Source of the DNA: Paraspadella gotoi
Taxonomy: Eukaryota; Animalia; Chaetognatha
Reading direction: 5' to 3'
Assembly: GCA_051294375.1 (NCBI GenBank)
Contig: CM119268.1
Span: forward strand, 5,645,559-5,709,558
DNA: 64,000 nucleotides
This document shows, one piece after another, positions 40,591-55,187 of the stretch (positions are counted from its first letter, which is position 1; each line of letters starts with the position of its first letter). A program made the position numbers and the translations under genes. The notes beneath the pieces are model-generated. The model saw nothing but the letters and a program-made list of their open reading frames with translations. It did not search any database and was not told where the DNA came from.

Positions 40591-41021
40591 TCGTCGTTCT
40601 CCGTCACGCTGTTTTTCATATATAAAAACTACTACGCTTTTATGTAGGTTTGGCTGCTGACTTACCGTTTTTTTCTTTTAAATAAAAATTATTATGAATT
40701 CATGATAAAGTTTTACAAAAGTGTGCGATCATAGTAATTAAAATTTAGATATGGCTTTTCATCTTGAAATTAGCTGTGATTATTTTCATATTGACCATTT
40801 GGATTTAGAGTATTTTTGTTTCCCGGAATTTCCACTTCATTATGATTTACGTGCAATGATAGTGCATAATTGAACGATGGGTAATAGTTTCTCATTTGAT
40901 TATATCCAAAGCATTAGTGAGAATATAGAAATGCTTTAATCTAATTTACATATTGCAGTATATAATATTGAATGATGATAATCGAAAAAATAATATTGTT
41001 ATAAATTTTATTAAAGATGGA
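33842..41021 (-). repeat. Inverted arm A', copy 2, plus the start of block B
   Basis: Direct match to 11545-18521. 40351-41031 matches 17841-18521 at a constant offset of 22510. Confidence 0.92.
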
Positions 41022-41333
41022 TCTCTCTCTGTGGGTCTCGCGCGCCGACCGAGCGCGCGCGGGCTAGGAAAAGAAAAGAAGATGGAAGGAGGGAAAGAGT
41101 GAGAGAGAGATGTAACATTGTTGTCAATTTTACATTTTTTGTAAATCATAAATGGACTATGGTAACTATTTTAAGAAATTTGAAGTCTCTCACTCAGCCC
41201 TTTTGTTAATTTGTTTGTTTCAACCTCTGTCCGTTCCTCCCGTCCGTCTGTTTTTCAGTCCGTTTGTCCGTCTGTCGAATTAAACACGATTCTGACTTGA
41301 ACTAAAATAAGATCTACTCTTAATGTAATTGTT

Positions 41334-41366
<33 letters not shown>

Positions 41367-41774
41367 CTCTTCACTCATTGGCCTCATCAGTCATCGACAG
41401 AGTCTCCTCGGCCCAAAATTCTTTACTCCAAATTTCAACCCAGGACCCTTTTGTCCAACTTCTCCCTTGACCCGCAGAACCCACTTTGCCCTGGGATGTC
41501 ACTCCCCAAAGATCTCCCTTCGACCTCCAACTGGATTCTTTAAACTACATCGGAAAGGAGTGCCAACGAAAAACTCTCTCCACTGTTAAAGATTTGGTAA
41601 AGATTTTTTAAAGATTTTTTAGAGATTAAAGATTAAAGATTAAAGATTAAAGATTAAAGATTAAAGATTTTAAAGATTTTTTAAAGATTTAAAGCTTTGG
41701 TAACATCTTCCAATTTGAAAAGTTTTCTGTCTTTTGACTTTTTCGTCTCTCTTTCGCTTTTTATCGCGTCGTCG

Positions 41775-41824
<50 letters not shown>

Positions 41825-41865
41825 GTCGTCGTCGTCGCGTCGTCGGTCGCGTCGTTTTCGTCGTC
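41022..41865 (-). repeat. Partial inverted arm copy (A 1-995), lacking the hairpin
   Basis: Re-starts at 'gggtctcgcgcgccgacc'. 'gctttttatcg' runs directly into (GTC)n at about 41766. Confidence 0.88.
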
Positions 41866-43180
41866 CGCACGCTGTTTTCATATATAAAAACTACTACGCT
41901 TTTATAGGTTTGGCTGTGACTTACCGTTTTTTTTTTTTAAATAAAAATTATTATGAATTATGATAAAGTTTTACAAAAGTGTGCGATCATAGTAAGTTAA
42001 AAATTTAGATATGGCTTTTCATCTTGAAATAGCTGTGATATTTTCATATTACATTTGGATTTAAGTATTTTTTGTTTCAATTTCCACTTCATTATGATTT
42101 ACTGCAATATGCAAATGAGATTAAAGTTCTCATATTATATCCAAATTAGTATATAGAAATGCTTTAATCTAATTTACATATTGCAAAGTATTAATATTGA
42201 GATGAAATTCAAAAAATTTGGTATAAATTTTTAATAAAATGGGAACTCTAAAGGATTTTTAATGAGAAGCTATATTCTTAATTTTTAATACAAATATAAT
42301 TAAATCTTTACTAGCTGCGATTAGGAAAAAATTGGAAAAATTTCCAATTGTAAACAATTGTAACATATTTTTTGCCTTTCTTTTATTTCTTAAAATTATT
42401 TTTTCTTTTAGAAAAAACGAGTTCAGTCTCTGGCAGTGACTGTACAGCGGGCCTTCCAGCAGCTTCCAGCTTTGTTTCTCTCTGTCTGACTCTCTCTGTT
42501 GTCTCTCTCTGTAACTCTCTCTGTCTTTCTCTCTTCTCTCTCTCTCTCTCTCTCTCTCTGTGTCGATTTCTTGCGTGATCGTCGCTTTTTTGAAAAATTA
42601 TGATTATTTTCCTACTAAAAACATTTAATTATCACCCATTATCCCAAATTTACATCCAAGATTTTCGTGGATTTATTTTAGAAAAAGTGGAAGAATTAAC
42701 TCATATGTCAGAAATATACGCTTCTCTCCATCTCTCTCCATCTCTCTCCGTCGCTAACATGATTGTTATTAAGAAAAAAATATATAATAAGCAAATAGAA
42801 TTATTAATACAGATTTACATTGCCAGGGAAATCTTTTTATACTCTGTCCAATGTTGTTGTTGTTGATCTCTATCTCTCTTTCTGTCTCTTTCTCTCTTTA
42901 CGATCTCTTGCGTGATCGTTCGTTTTTTGATAAATCTGATTATTTTTTTCCTTCTAAAAAACTTTTTTTAGTCGCCATTTATTCCGCGCTTTTTTTCTCT
43001 TACCTGGATTTGCAGTGGCCGTTGCGAGGCAACGAGTAAACAATGTCAAGGAACATGACCTAATTACGCTAACTGAGTATTTTCAACTATATATTTTGTT
43101 TATAGGGATTATAATTTTCACGTACAAAAAAATTTCTTATATGCTTCTTTTCCTCTCTCTCTCTTCTCTCTCCTCTTCTC

Positions 43181-43247
<67 letters not shown>

Positions 43248-43480
43248 TTTTTTCTTCTAAAAACTTTATTATCGCATTTATTCCCCGCTTTTTCTCAATA
43301 CAATATATAAAAATTCTGATTATTCTTTATAATAAACGAGAGAGACCTAATAAATGCGTTTCGTTGGCGGGAAAACTGTCCAGCCTCTCTCTCTCTCTCT
43401 CTCGTCTCTCTCTCTCTCTCGTCTCGTCTCTCTCTCTCTCTCTTTCACTTCATACACGCATTTGTTTGTTTTATTTACGA

Positions 43481-43726
43481 TGAATGATTCATCGCGTCAA
43501 TTGAATACTATTATGCGCATCCAATGAATGACTATCATCGTATCAATGAATGATTATCATCATATCAATAAATGACTATCATAGCATCAATCATTTGATT
43601 ATCACATCACATCAGTCATTTTGTTATCATCGCATCAATTTATTGGTTATCATCGCGTCCAATATTTGGTTATCATCCGCATCAATATTGGTTTCGCAAT
43701 CCGCATCAATATTTTGGTTACTATCG
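43481..43726 (+). repeat. 22-23 bp minisatellite (TCATCGCATCAATNNNTGRYTA), about 10 units
   Basis: Directly visible. Copy at 55445-55673; the same unit occurs inverted at 47280-47400 and 59095-59220. Confidence 0.85.
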
Positions 43727-44335
43727 AAAGCGGCTCGATCTTTATGCTTTTAAGATTTTTCTTTCCTTCTTTTTCTTATTCTTTTCCTTTATCAACTCTT
43801 TATTTCCCCTCAGTCTTATCTCTTTTTCTTCTCTTTTTTTCCCCTTTGTTTCTTTGTTATTTACATATATGATATATCAACTTTCCTCCCGAATCTCTCT
43901 CTCCCTTTCTTTATTTCTTTCGCCTTTACTTTCCTCCATTCTTTCCCTTCTTTTTTTTTCTCCTTTCTTTACTCTTCCCTTAATTCTCTTTCCAACCTTC
44001 ATATTCTTTTCCTTCCTGTCCTCCCGTGACTTTCCCTTCTCTTTCCTCTTTTTTCTTTCCTTTCCTTCTTTCTCTTTTCTTAATCTTCTTTACTCCTTTC
44101 TCTTCTTCTCCCTTCTGCTGCCTCCATTCTCCTTCCTCCAGTCTTTTTTCTTCTCTCCTTTCTTCTTCCTCCTTTTTCTTTCCTTTCATCCCTATCCCAT
44201 TTTTTACTCCTCTTTTCTCCCTACCCTTTCCTTTCCTCCTCTGCTTCTCTCCTCTTTGAGGTCATCTTTTTCTTCTCCCTCTTTTGAATTGCAAAATGAG
44301 AAAAAGATGACGGAGTTTTGATGGCGACGTCAGTG

Positions 44336-44450
<115 letters not shown>

Positions 44451-44686
44451 CGGGGGCTCCCAGTTTATTATTTTCCCCTTCACGATTTTTACGCTTAAAC
44501 TTTCTTTCCGACGACGATTTCCTACTCAGCGTCTTTCTTTTATTCTGTTCTTTTATATCTTACTTGCTGTCTTTCTTTCACTATTTCTTGTCTTTTCTTT
44601 TTTTTTTCCTTTTAGTCTGTCTTTTTTTTTTTAAATTTATTCTTTTTCTTTTTTCGTCTGTCTTTCTCTATCTTTGTATTTTTTTT

Positions 44687-44726
<40 letters not shown>

Positions 44727-45150
44727 AATTTCCTTTTTTTATTTAATAATTTAATAATTTTTTTTTATTTTTTTTTTATTTTCTATTTTTCATCTTCTTT
44801 CTTTATTTCATTCCCTTTTGTTTCTTTTACTTATTTTCTTTATAATAATCGCAGTTTTCTTCCTTCTTTCAAAGGGGGGGTGACGGTTAAAACGATTTAA
44901 CTTTTAACGGGCGTTTGTGTTATCTCTTGTAAAACATTACCTTCTCAGTCAGTCAGTCACACTCGTTGAATTTCTATGGACAGATTTCGCATTAACTTCT
45001 GAATATCGTTTTTTTTTTTTGTTTTTCTCGTTCTACTACTCTAATATGCAAATTAGATTTCGCTTTTTGACGTGGGCTTTATCACTGTCTCTCTTTCTCT
45101 GTCTCTCTTTCATTCTCTTTCTCTTNNNNNNNNNNNNNNNNNNNNNNNNN

Positions 45151-45207
<57 letters not shown>

Positions 45208-45536
45208 GCTCTATCTCTCTCTCTCTCTCTTCTCTTCTCTCTCTTTTCTCCTCTCTTTTATTTTAGATTGTACGTGTAAGACAAGAAACAAAAAAAATAA
45301 TAAAAACTATAAAAAAATGAGATAAAGAAAAAAAGAATAAAAAACCAAAAAAAAAAAAAAACAAAGAAAGAAAGAAAGAAGGTGAGTGAACGCCATTGAA
45401 AGATATCATTCAAAACATTCATAAACTTAATTTCAAAACTATATTACAAAGGTTTTTAAAAATCACAAAAGCTATAAAGCAAAGGAAAAACAAAGACTTA
45501 AACTCGATATTAATTCTGATTTTAAAAAATTTTTCC

Positions 45537-45635
<99 letters not shown>

Positions 45636-45860
45636 CATGTAACTTTGTCTTTTGAACCTTGCCTGGAATTCATTCAAAATTTCTCTAGCGACATTCGTCA
45701 CGCTGATCGAGATTCATCACGATCCATCTCTTGAGATTCCGTTTGGGTCAAAGCAAGATTAGGCCCTTTTTTCTGGTTACAAAGTCTTTGGTTGTCTCTT
45801 CACCAGTCGAGGCTATTCATTCGCGCCCCCACCGACCGGATTTGGCCTTTTTTTCAACAA

Positions 45861-45960
45861 GTGTGAACTGTGAACTGTGAATTGTGAATTGTGAATTGTC
45901 AATTGTGAATTGTCAATTGTGAGCTGTGAAACTGTGAATTGTGAACTGTAAGCTGTTAAC
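45861..45960 (+). repeat. (TGTGAAY)n heptamer array, about 14 units
   Basis: Directly visible; copy at 57726-57831. Confidence 0.92.
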
Positions 45961-46255
45961 ATGCCAGGCGCAACCCTTATTGAATTTTCAACGGAATCCT
46001 TACGTTGCACCCTTAAATTATCGGCATTAAATTAATTAGTTAGTTAAATATAAAAAAATATAATTATTTTCGATTAAAAAGAAAGTGGAATGAATAACTT
46101 TTGTTTTTAAAACGGAAACAAATTTTTTTTGCGAAAACGAGAATGATTTCGCACTTTAATTGATGACCATATGGTTGCATTGGTGCCATGCACCATAGAG
46201 GTGGCTTTCAGCGGGACCAGAACAGATTAATAAAAAAAAGCGATTGATTTATGTT

Positions 46256-46332
<77 letters not shown>

Positions 46333-47757
46333 CCTTTGAATTTCTACATAATTTTTTTATAGTGGAGACGTCAAAATACATTTTCGATATTTACGTTTTG
46401 TGATTTGTTGTCTTCAATGGTAGCTTGTGAATGATATTCAGTTAAGTTAATGTTGCGTATTATTATATTTATATTTTCCTTTATGTAGTGAGATCCTGAT
46501 TATTATTATTAGTAAGAAAGAAAATAAAAATCGCCTGTCGAATACTTTAAAAATTAAATGCCTGCGAAGAAATTGTTTTTCTCCCTCTGTTCAAACGCCA
46601 GTCGCAAAACTTACCTTATTTGGAAGTATTTTTATTTTTTAGATTGTTACTTTACAAATGTAAACCAAATTTTCTCTCTCTCGCCGTATATAAAAATGAA
46701 TGCCACTTTGTACAATTAGCCAATTCGATTCCATTCGCTTTTCTGATTTCAATAAATCGATTCATCTCAATATGTTCGCCAATTTTTATCTCGACCACTT
46801 CCACTTTGTCTTCCGATGGATAAATTTATACTTCAGTTTTTAGTTTGTGTTCCTTTCCTTCTTCTTTGTGAAGATAAAGATAAAAAAGTCAAGAGAACAA
46901 AGAAATACTGAAAGTAGAGTTTATTGCGTCGTGATGAGAAACTGAATGATATATTTGTTAGCATTATCACAGAAAAAAAATATAGAAAACGACATGACTT
47001 TTTTCAATTACGAAGTAAAAATCTAAAAGTATATATACTTATATATATATTATAAATATATATTATATATATATTATATATTATTATATACTATAATAGA
47101 AATATACATACCACTCAACGAAATTATATATAATAATATACTATATACTATATATACTACTATATCAAAAAACTATATATATAGTGATCTCGCAGACTTA
47201 CTATCAAAGAAAATTAATGAAAAAAATCCGACGACGACGACGATGATGATGATATGATGATGATAATGATGCGACGACGAATTATTGATGGACTAGTAAT
47301 TATTGATATAATAATTGATTGATGTATATATAATTGATTGATGTAATATTAATTGATTATTGATGCGATGATAACCAGATTAATGCGATGGATAACCAAA
47401 TGTTTTTCCCTTTGTCTTTTTTCTGTTTCTTCCTTTGTTCTTTAAATTTCTTAATGTTGTTCTTTCGCACTTTTTTCCTTTGTTTCCTTCATTTCTTTTC
47501 ATTTTTTTTTTTTGTTTATTTTCTTTTTCCTTATGCTTCTTTTTGGTTTGTTCCTCAGTTTATACTCTGTTTATTCCTTTGTTTCTATCTCTGTTTTTTC
47601 CTTTTATTCTTATGTTTTATCTCTCTCTTTTTTTATTTAGATTGTACGTGTAAGACAAGAAACAAAAAAAATAATAAAAAACTATAAAAAAAATGAGATA
47701 AAGAAAAAAGAATAAAAACCAAAAAAAAAAAANNNNNNNNNNNNNNNNNNNNNNNNN

Positions 47758-50700
47758 GTTACTGTTGAGCGATAAGTTCAGCGATAGGTTGAGTGAATAA
47801 GTTTCGATTTCGATCGCGAAATTTGAATTGGAATTCCTTTGATGAGTGTCGACGGAAGAAAATATCAAGACTTCGACTCCGGAGAAGAAAAGAATCTTAC
47901 TCGTCATTTCTTTTCACATTTGATTATCGTCATATCATAAGATCATCATCGTATTTATCATCAGCATCAATCATTGTCGTCATAATCACCATAAACGTCA
48001 TCATCTTCCATCGTCATTGCCTTCATCATCATCATCATCACCATCATAACCATCATCATGCTTCTTTTATCGTCGTCGTCGTCGTCGTCGTCACCGTATC
48101 GTTAAAAGAAATGGAAATGTGTTCTGAGGTTTATATACTCGCGAAAGAAAAAATAGAAAAAACGGGAAAAAAAAGAAAAAACAGAAAAAAAAACGTTTTA
48201 AAAGAAAAAAAACCAACTCAACCTTTTTTCAAATTTCCGGCAAAATTTTAAAAAAAAGTTTTTTTTTCTGTTTTTTTTTAATTTTGTTCGTTTTCTTTTA
48301 TAAGCCAAACTTTTTCTTCTTCTAACGTAAACTTTGTTAAGATGAAGATCGCTTCGCTTTATACTTTTCATGATTATTCATTTTATTGTTTTTTGTTTTT
48401 TAGTTATTAATTGTTTTTTTATATTTGTTTTTTTTATCCATCGGTTTCTTATTCCGCCTCCGGACCTGTCGAAAGAAAAAAAAATGTTTGTTTGTGAACT
48501 GAATATCAGACATCACGAGAAATGTATTGGGGTGTGTGACGAGGATTTTCGTTGTTCGTTCGTTCGTTCGTCGTTCTGTTCGTTCGTCGTTCGTTCGTTT
48601 CGTTCGTTCGTTCGTTCGTTCGTCGGTCGGTCGGTCGTCGGTCGCGTTCGTTCGTTCGTTCGTTCGTCGTTCGCTTCGTTTCGTTCGTTCGTCGATCGAT
48701 CTATCGTTCGCTTGTGTTTTCTTTTTTCTTTTCTTCTTCCAACCTACGTTTGGTCGGTCAGTCGGTCGGCCGATCGGATGGAAAAAACTGACTCAAGGCT
48801 TAATTAATATAATAATAATAATAATAATAATAATAAAATAATAATAATAATAATAATATAATAATAAAATAATAATATAATAATAAAATAATAACATTAA
48901 TAATATAATAATAATAATAAAATAATAAATGAAAGCAATAATAAAATTGAATTTTCATTACAAACAAAGGATTATTTTTTTTTGAGATTTTCAGGTTGCA
49001 ACCCAGGCCGTACGATTGGAGGTGCACGCGATGCCGAAACTCGCGAGGCGTTAGGGTGCACTTCGAGTTTGGCGCCAAAATTCGAAACTCGGACGTCAGA
49101 AAAGTGCGAAAATAGGGAAGAGATGAGGAGAAGAAGAAGATTTACGAGGAAGAGAGGAGAAAGTAAAGGAAAAAGGAGAAGAAGAAGAGAAAAAGAAGGA
49201 GAAAAGCAAGTGAAGAGAAAAATAATAATTATATCTTATAATTATTTCATGTCGGCGTAAATTAGGCCGTAAGTATTCTACTTATTATTGATAATGCTAA
49301 ATTGAATTCTGTGATAGGCCACCCTAAATTATAGAGTCGGAATCTAAATTTAAGAAAAATAAAAGTTAAACATGAAACAATTACAAATTAACCCATTTAA
49401 TTTCTCTATTCTATTTACCATCTTGTCGTATACCAACTAATTGCTATTTTTATAAAAGTTAAAATCTTTCGTTGAAACATGTAAACCTATCGAGTTGAAT
49501 GCCGGCTGAACTGTGCTTCATCAATAAGCAAACCATTCTCGAAACCACGTCCTTTCATGTCCAACAATTCGACCAAAGGCTTGATAAGTATCCAAGTCAA
49601 ACCAAAATTTGGGTGGGCAGAAAGCTCTCTAGATAAATAGAGTAAACGTAAACCTCCCAGAATCCGGAAACCTGTGTTCTGCGATTTGCTCTTAGTTCTT
49701 ACCTAGCTGCTTCCTTGCTGCGTTGAATAGCTGGTTAATAAACCAGCTCGGCTCTCGCCCGAACTAGGGTCAATGATAGGAAAGCCCCCTCCAGAGATGC
49801 CCGCGTTAATCTCTAGCGCGATTGTTTCCCTTTTATTGTTAATTACAATAAAAAAATATTTATTCCTTTGACATATTATACCGACTTCATTGATAGGGAA
49901 GCAAGGTTCACCTGGGGAGCGAATATCAAACTGTGAGAGAGTTGATTGAAAGCTTGCCAGAAACCTGCTTTGTTATTATCTTGTAAGTGTGGATGGAGGC
50001 CTAAAACCACCAAGCCTCGTCCCCAAAGTCAGGGAACAAGTATAGCTTATTTATTAAATGAATGGGATAATTTATAAATTGGTTTGTAGCCACATTCAAT
50101 ACTAATTTAATTAATAAACTTATTAATTTGATCCCGAAATGTTTGTTTTTAGGTCTTTCGCGTCACCAGAGAGACGACTAATCAACGAAAAAGGAGGAAA
50201 GAAGAGAGGATAAAAAAAGTTTCAATAACAACAAAAATACGAGCATTATTTATATATATATGATTACGATAATAGATATAATATTATATATAATCGATGA
50301 ATATAAGATATGATATCGCACACGATAAGGTAATGATGAGGATAAGGAGTTAATGACAAACGTCTCCTGTTTAATTTCCCTCATCTTTTGAACTTCGTTG
50401 ACAGCAGTTCCACGAGCTTCTAGACCAAAACGAAGCCGATAAATCAGAAACATGTGCTGATTCTTTGGCACGAAGAAAACCTCGACGACGACGATGATGA
50501 AGCAATGCATGAGGAGAAAGATGACAGCGACGATTGATGAACATAAACGACGAAAATGACGACTGAGACGAATGAATCAATTATGACCGAATTATGACTG
50601 GTAAACGATTGACCTTAAAACCATTAAGGCGAAAGATAATGATGACAACCAATGATGTTGTTTGATGATAACTTTTGATAGAATAAAAACGTCATTGACG

Positions 50701-52797
50701 AGATAAGACATGATGAATGACAAAGATGATGACGCTGATGACCTGATGATGAATGATGATAGAATGATGGATCAAGAAGATGATGATGATGATGACGTAC
50801 GACGACAGATAATAAGAAGAAAAAATATTTTTGTGGGAAAAAATTTGTTTGCGATGAAGATAATTTCAGAACAGAAAAGACGACGACGACGACGACTGGA
50901 CGACGACGACACGACGACGAGAAGGAAATTAGTCGAATCCGCCACAATCCTAAACCCTAGTAGACCATGTACGAAAGACTGACGACGTGAAAAGATGACG
51001 ACGACAAACGAATAGTACTAATTTGTTCTATGAAATGTCGACAAAAACGACAACGGAGGTTATGACGACGACGACAACGAACGAATGACGATGGAGGCAA
51101 GACAACATTAGAGCCGAAATTAAAGCAAAGAAAAATTGAAAAAAGATAAAAATGAAAAAAATTTTGTCAACACCAAAGCAGAAATAACGAACAGCCGATT
51201 TGGAATTGGATTTTTTCTTCTGTTTTGGTTTTTTCTTTTCGATATATTTCCTTGGTTTGTTCTCAAAGAGTTTGTCAGTTTATCGTTCAGTTATAACAAA
51301 ACTCCGACATGTTATATATGCATGGGTTTTCATTTTGAGTTTTGGTCTTTGCTCTATTTGTGTTAGTATTGTATTACCTAATACAATCATGCTTATATGC
51401 AAAATATTTATATCATCTACATACATCTCTCACCTCAAATCTCCTCTCCTACTATCATATCCCAGTCGTCTCTCGGTGTGAGTCCCGTCTCAGTATCTTA
51501 TTCGGCCTCTCTCTCTGTGTCCTTCTCCTCTCCTCTCTCTCTCTCTCTTCCACTTCTCTCTCTCTCTCTCTTCCTGTGTGCAAGTCAATTCTCCTCCTCT
51601 ACCATAATACTCTCTCTCTTTCCCTACATTACTTCTCTTCCTTTCCTCTCTCTCAACTCTCCTCCCCAAGAAAAAGTCCATGAGGCGATTTAAGGCGAAT
51701 CCTAACAAAACCACAAAGCGGAAAACCAGAAGGGGAATTAGAAGCAGAATCCGGGCACCAGACGAGAGAAAGAGGAGAGAGGGAGAGAGAAAAGAAGAGA
51801 GAAAGGAAGAGGAGAGAGAGAGAGAGTAAAGAGAGAGAGAAGAGAGAGGGAGTGGGAGAAAAGGAAAAGGGAGAGGTGGAACGAAAGTTCAAATCAATGT
51901 CACCCCACGCTGACCGTAGGGTGCGAGAGCGCGGAGTTAAAGTAGCTTCATTCGAGAAGAGATGAAAGAAGGAGAGAAGAGAGAGAGTGAGAGAGAGAGT
52001 AGAGAGCGAGAGTGAGAGAGAGAGAGAGAAAAGAGAAAAGAGAGATGAGAATTTGTCGCGTCACTTCATCGCAACAAATGAGAGAAAAGGCCGAGCGTTG
52101 CTACACTGCTGTGCAGAATCAGGTAGAAAGGAGAAATAGAAAAACGAAAGTGTCATTTACTTTTTATGACATATTTCGTATATAACACTTAAAAACTATT
52201 TGAATTCCTTATTTCTTAAGTTTGAGTTTTTTCTTAAATATCAATCTAAGTGTTTACAACTTTGTTTCTGTACAAACTCTAAAATAAATATGTTTAGAAA
52301 TTTTTATTTTTAAATCTCTCAAATTTTAATTTAATGAACAAAATGAAAAGGGAAAAATTAAAAAACAAAAATGCACATTGTATTGACAACACCAGAAATC
52401 GTATAAACGATTGAAGTAATTTGCATCTGATCTCTATTACTATTTTTTTTTAAATTGACGGACTTGGTTTAAAAACGAAAGCTAAGGATCTGGTTTTAAC
52501 TTTTAATCGGATTATGGCGATGCGATTTACGAGAAAAGATTGATTTTTTAGGCGAAAAAAATCAAATAAATTGGATTTAATCTTGATTGATTCAGTTCTG
52601 CGATTGGTGGAGTTTGATTGATGGTGAGAAAAAGCCGTTTCGGGATTCGATAACGTGACATAGATTTTAACCGAAGTTCTGATTTAGACTCATCGATTAA
52701 CAATTCCTATTTAGTTGCCATCGATTTAACGAAAGTTCGATAGCAAAAGAGATGTGGTAGAGAGAGAGAGATAAGAGAGAGAAGAGAGAGAGACAAG

Positions 52798-52830
<33 letters not shown>

Positions 52831-52999
52831 AGAGAGAGATCAATTCCATCGGCATCTATTTACGGAACAAATAATAAATATTCTGTCTCCGACAAAATCT
52901 AACGGAAGCCCGCGAATCGCGATAAACCGGAAGTTGAAGAGATATTCCGCGCGAAGCGGAAAAAGAAGCCGTGGGTAGGGATTTTTCCTCCTTTTCGTC

Positions 53000-53049
<50 letters not shown>

Positions 53050-53831
53050 CTCTCTCTCTCCTCTCTCTCTTCTCTCTGGGTTCTCCGCGCCGACAACGAG
53101 ACGCGCGCGGGCTAGGAAAAGAAAAGAAGTGGTAAGGAGGAAAGAGTGAGAGAAGAGATGTACATGTTGTCATTTTACATTTTTTGTAAATCATAAATGG
53201 ACTATGGTAACTATTTTAAGAAATTTGAAGTCCTCTCACTCAGCCCCTTTTATGTTAATTTTTTTGTTTCAAACCTCTGTCGTTCCTCCCGTCCGTCTGT
53301 TTTCAGTCCGTTTGTCCGTTGTCGAATTAAACACGATTCTGACTTGAATAAAATAAGATCTACTCTTAATGTAATGTTGTTCGTCGTCGTCGTCGTCGCC
53401 GTCGCCGGTCGCCCTCTTCCTCATTGGCCCTCATCAGTCATCGACAGAGTCTCCTCGGCCCAAAATTCTTACCTTCCAAATTTTCAACCCAGGACCTTTG
53501 CCAACTTCTCCCTTACCCAAGGCAGAACCCCCATTTCCCTGGGATGTCCACCCCCAAAGATCTCCCTTCGACCTCCAAACTGGATTCTTTAAACTACATC
53601 GGAAGGGATGCCAACGAAAAACTCTCTCCACTGTAAAGATTTGGTAAAGATTTTTTAAGATTTTTTAGAGATTAAATATTAAAGATTAAGATTAAAGATT
53701 AAAGATTTTAAAAGATTTTTAAAGATTTAAAGCTTGGTAACATCGGCGTCTCGTCGTCGTGTCGCGTCGTCGTCGTCGTCGTCTCGCCGTCGTCGTCGTC
53801 GTCGTCGTCGCGTCGTCGTCGCTGTCGTCGT
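47758..53831 (-). repeat. Inverted arm A', copy 3
   Basis: Starts right after a 25-N gap, at the equivalent of 11808. Very noisy at 50.2-52.1 kb; hairpin end absent at about 53745. Confidence 0.9.
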
Positions 53832-54491
53832 CCGTCACGCTGTTTTCATATATAAAAACTACTACGCTTTTTTATAGGTTTAGTGCTGTGACTTACCGTT
53901 TTTTTTTTTAAATAAAAATTTTATGAATTATGATAAATTTGTACAAAAGTGTGCCGATCATAGTTAAGTTAAAAATTTAGATATGGCTTTCATCTTGTGA
54001 AATAGCTGTATATTTTCATTATACATTGGATTAAGTATTTTTTGTTTCAATTTCCACTTTCTTATGAATCTTACCTGCAATATGCAAAGAGATAAGTTCT
54101 CATATATATCCAATTAGATATCGAAATGCTTTAAATCTAATTTACATATTGCATATATTAATATTTGAAGATGAAATTCTCAAAAAATTCTGTATAAATT
54201 TTAATAAAAGGGAACTCTAAAGGATTTTTAATGAGAAGCTATATCTTTAATTTTTAATACAAATATATTAAATCTTACTAGCTGCCGATTTTGGAAAAAA
54301 ATTGGAAAAAATTCAATTGTACAAACAATATGTAACATATTTTTGCCTTTCTTTTATTCTAAAATTATTTTTTCTTTTAAAAAACGAGTTCAGTCTCTGC
54401 CGTGACTGTACAGCGGCCTTACCAGCAAGCTTCCAGCTTTGTTTCTCTTCTGTCTGACTCTCTCTGTTAGTCTCTCTCTGTACTCCTCTCT

Positions 54492-54528
<37 letters not shown>

Positions 54529-55135
54529 ACGATTCTGCGGATGTCGTTTTTTCTGAAAATTATCGATATTTTATTGTACTAAAAACTATTACACCATGTA
54601 TCCCAAATTTACATCCAAGATTTTCGTTGGGATTTATTTTAAAAAGTGAAGAATACTTCAATATGTCAGAAAATACGCTTCTCTCCATCTCTCTCCATCT
54701 CTCTCGTCGCTACATGATTGTTATTAGAAAAAAATATTAATAAAGCAATTAGAATATTTAATACAGATTTACATTCGCCAGAGGAAATCTTTTTATACTC
54801 TGCTCCAATGTTTTGTTGTTGACTCCTATCTCTCTTTCTGTCTCTTTCTCTCTTTACCGATCTCTGCTGGATCGTTCGTTTTTTGATAATCTGATTATTT
54901 TTTTCCCTTCTAAAAAACTTTATTATAGCGCATTTATTCCGCGCTTTTTGTCATCTTACCTGGATTCGCTGGCCGCTTGCGAGCAACGAGTAAACAATGT
55001 CAAGGAACAGACCTAATAACGCTAACTGAGTATTTCAACTATATATTTTTGTAATAGGGATATAATGTTTTCACGTACAAAAAAATTTCTTATATGGCTT
55101 CTTTCTCTCTCTCTCTCTTTCTTCCCTCTCCTCTC

Positions 55136-55187
<52 letters not shown>

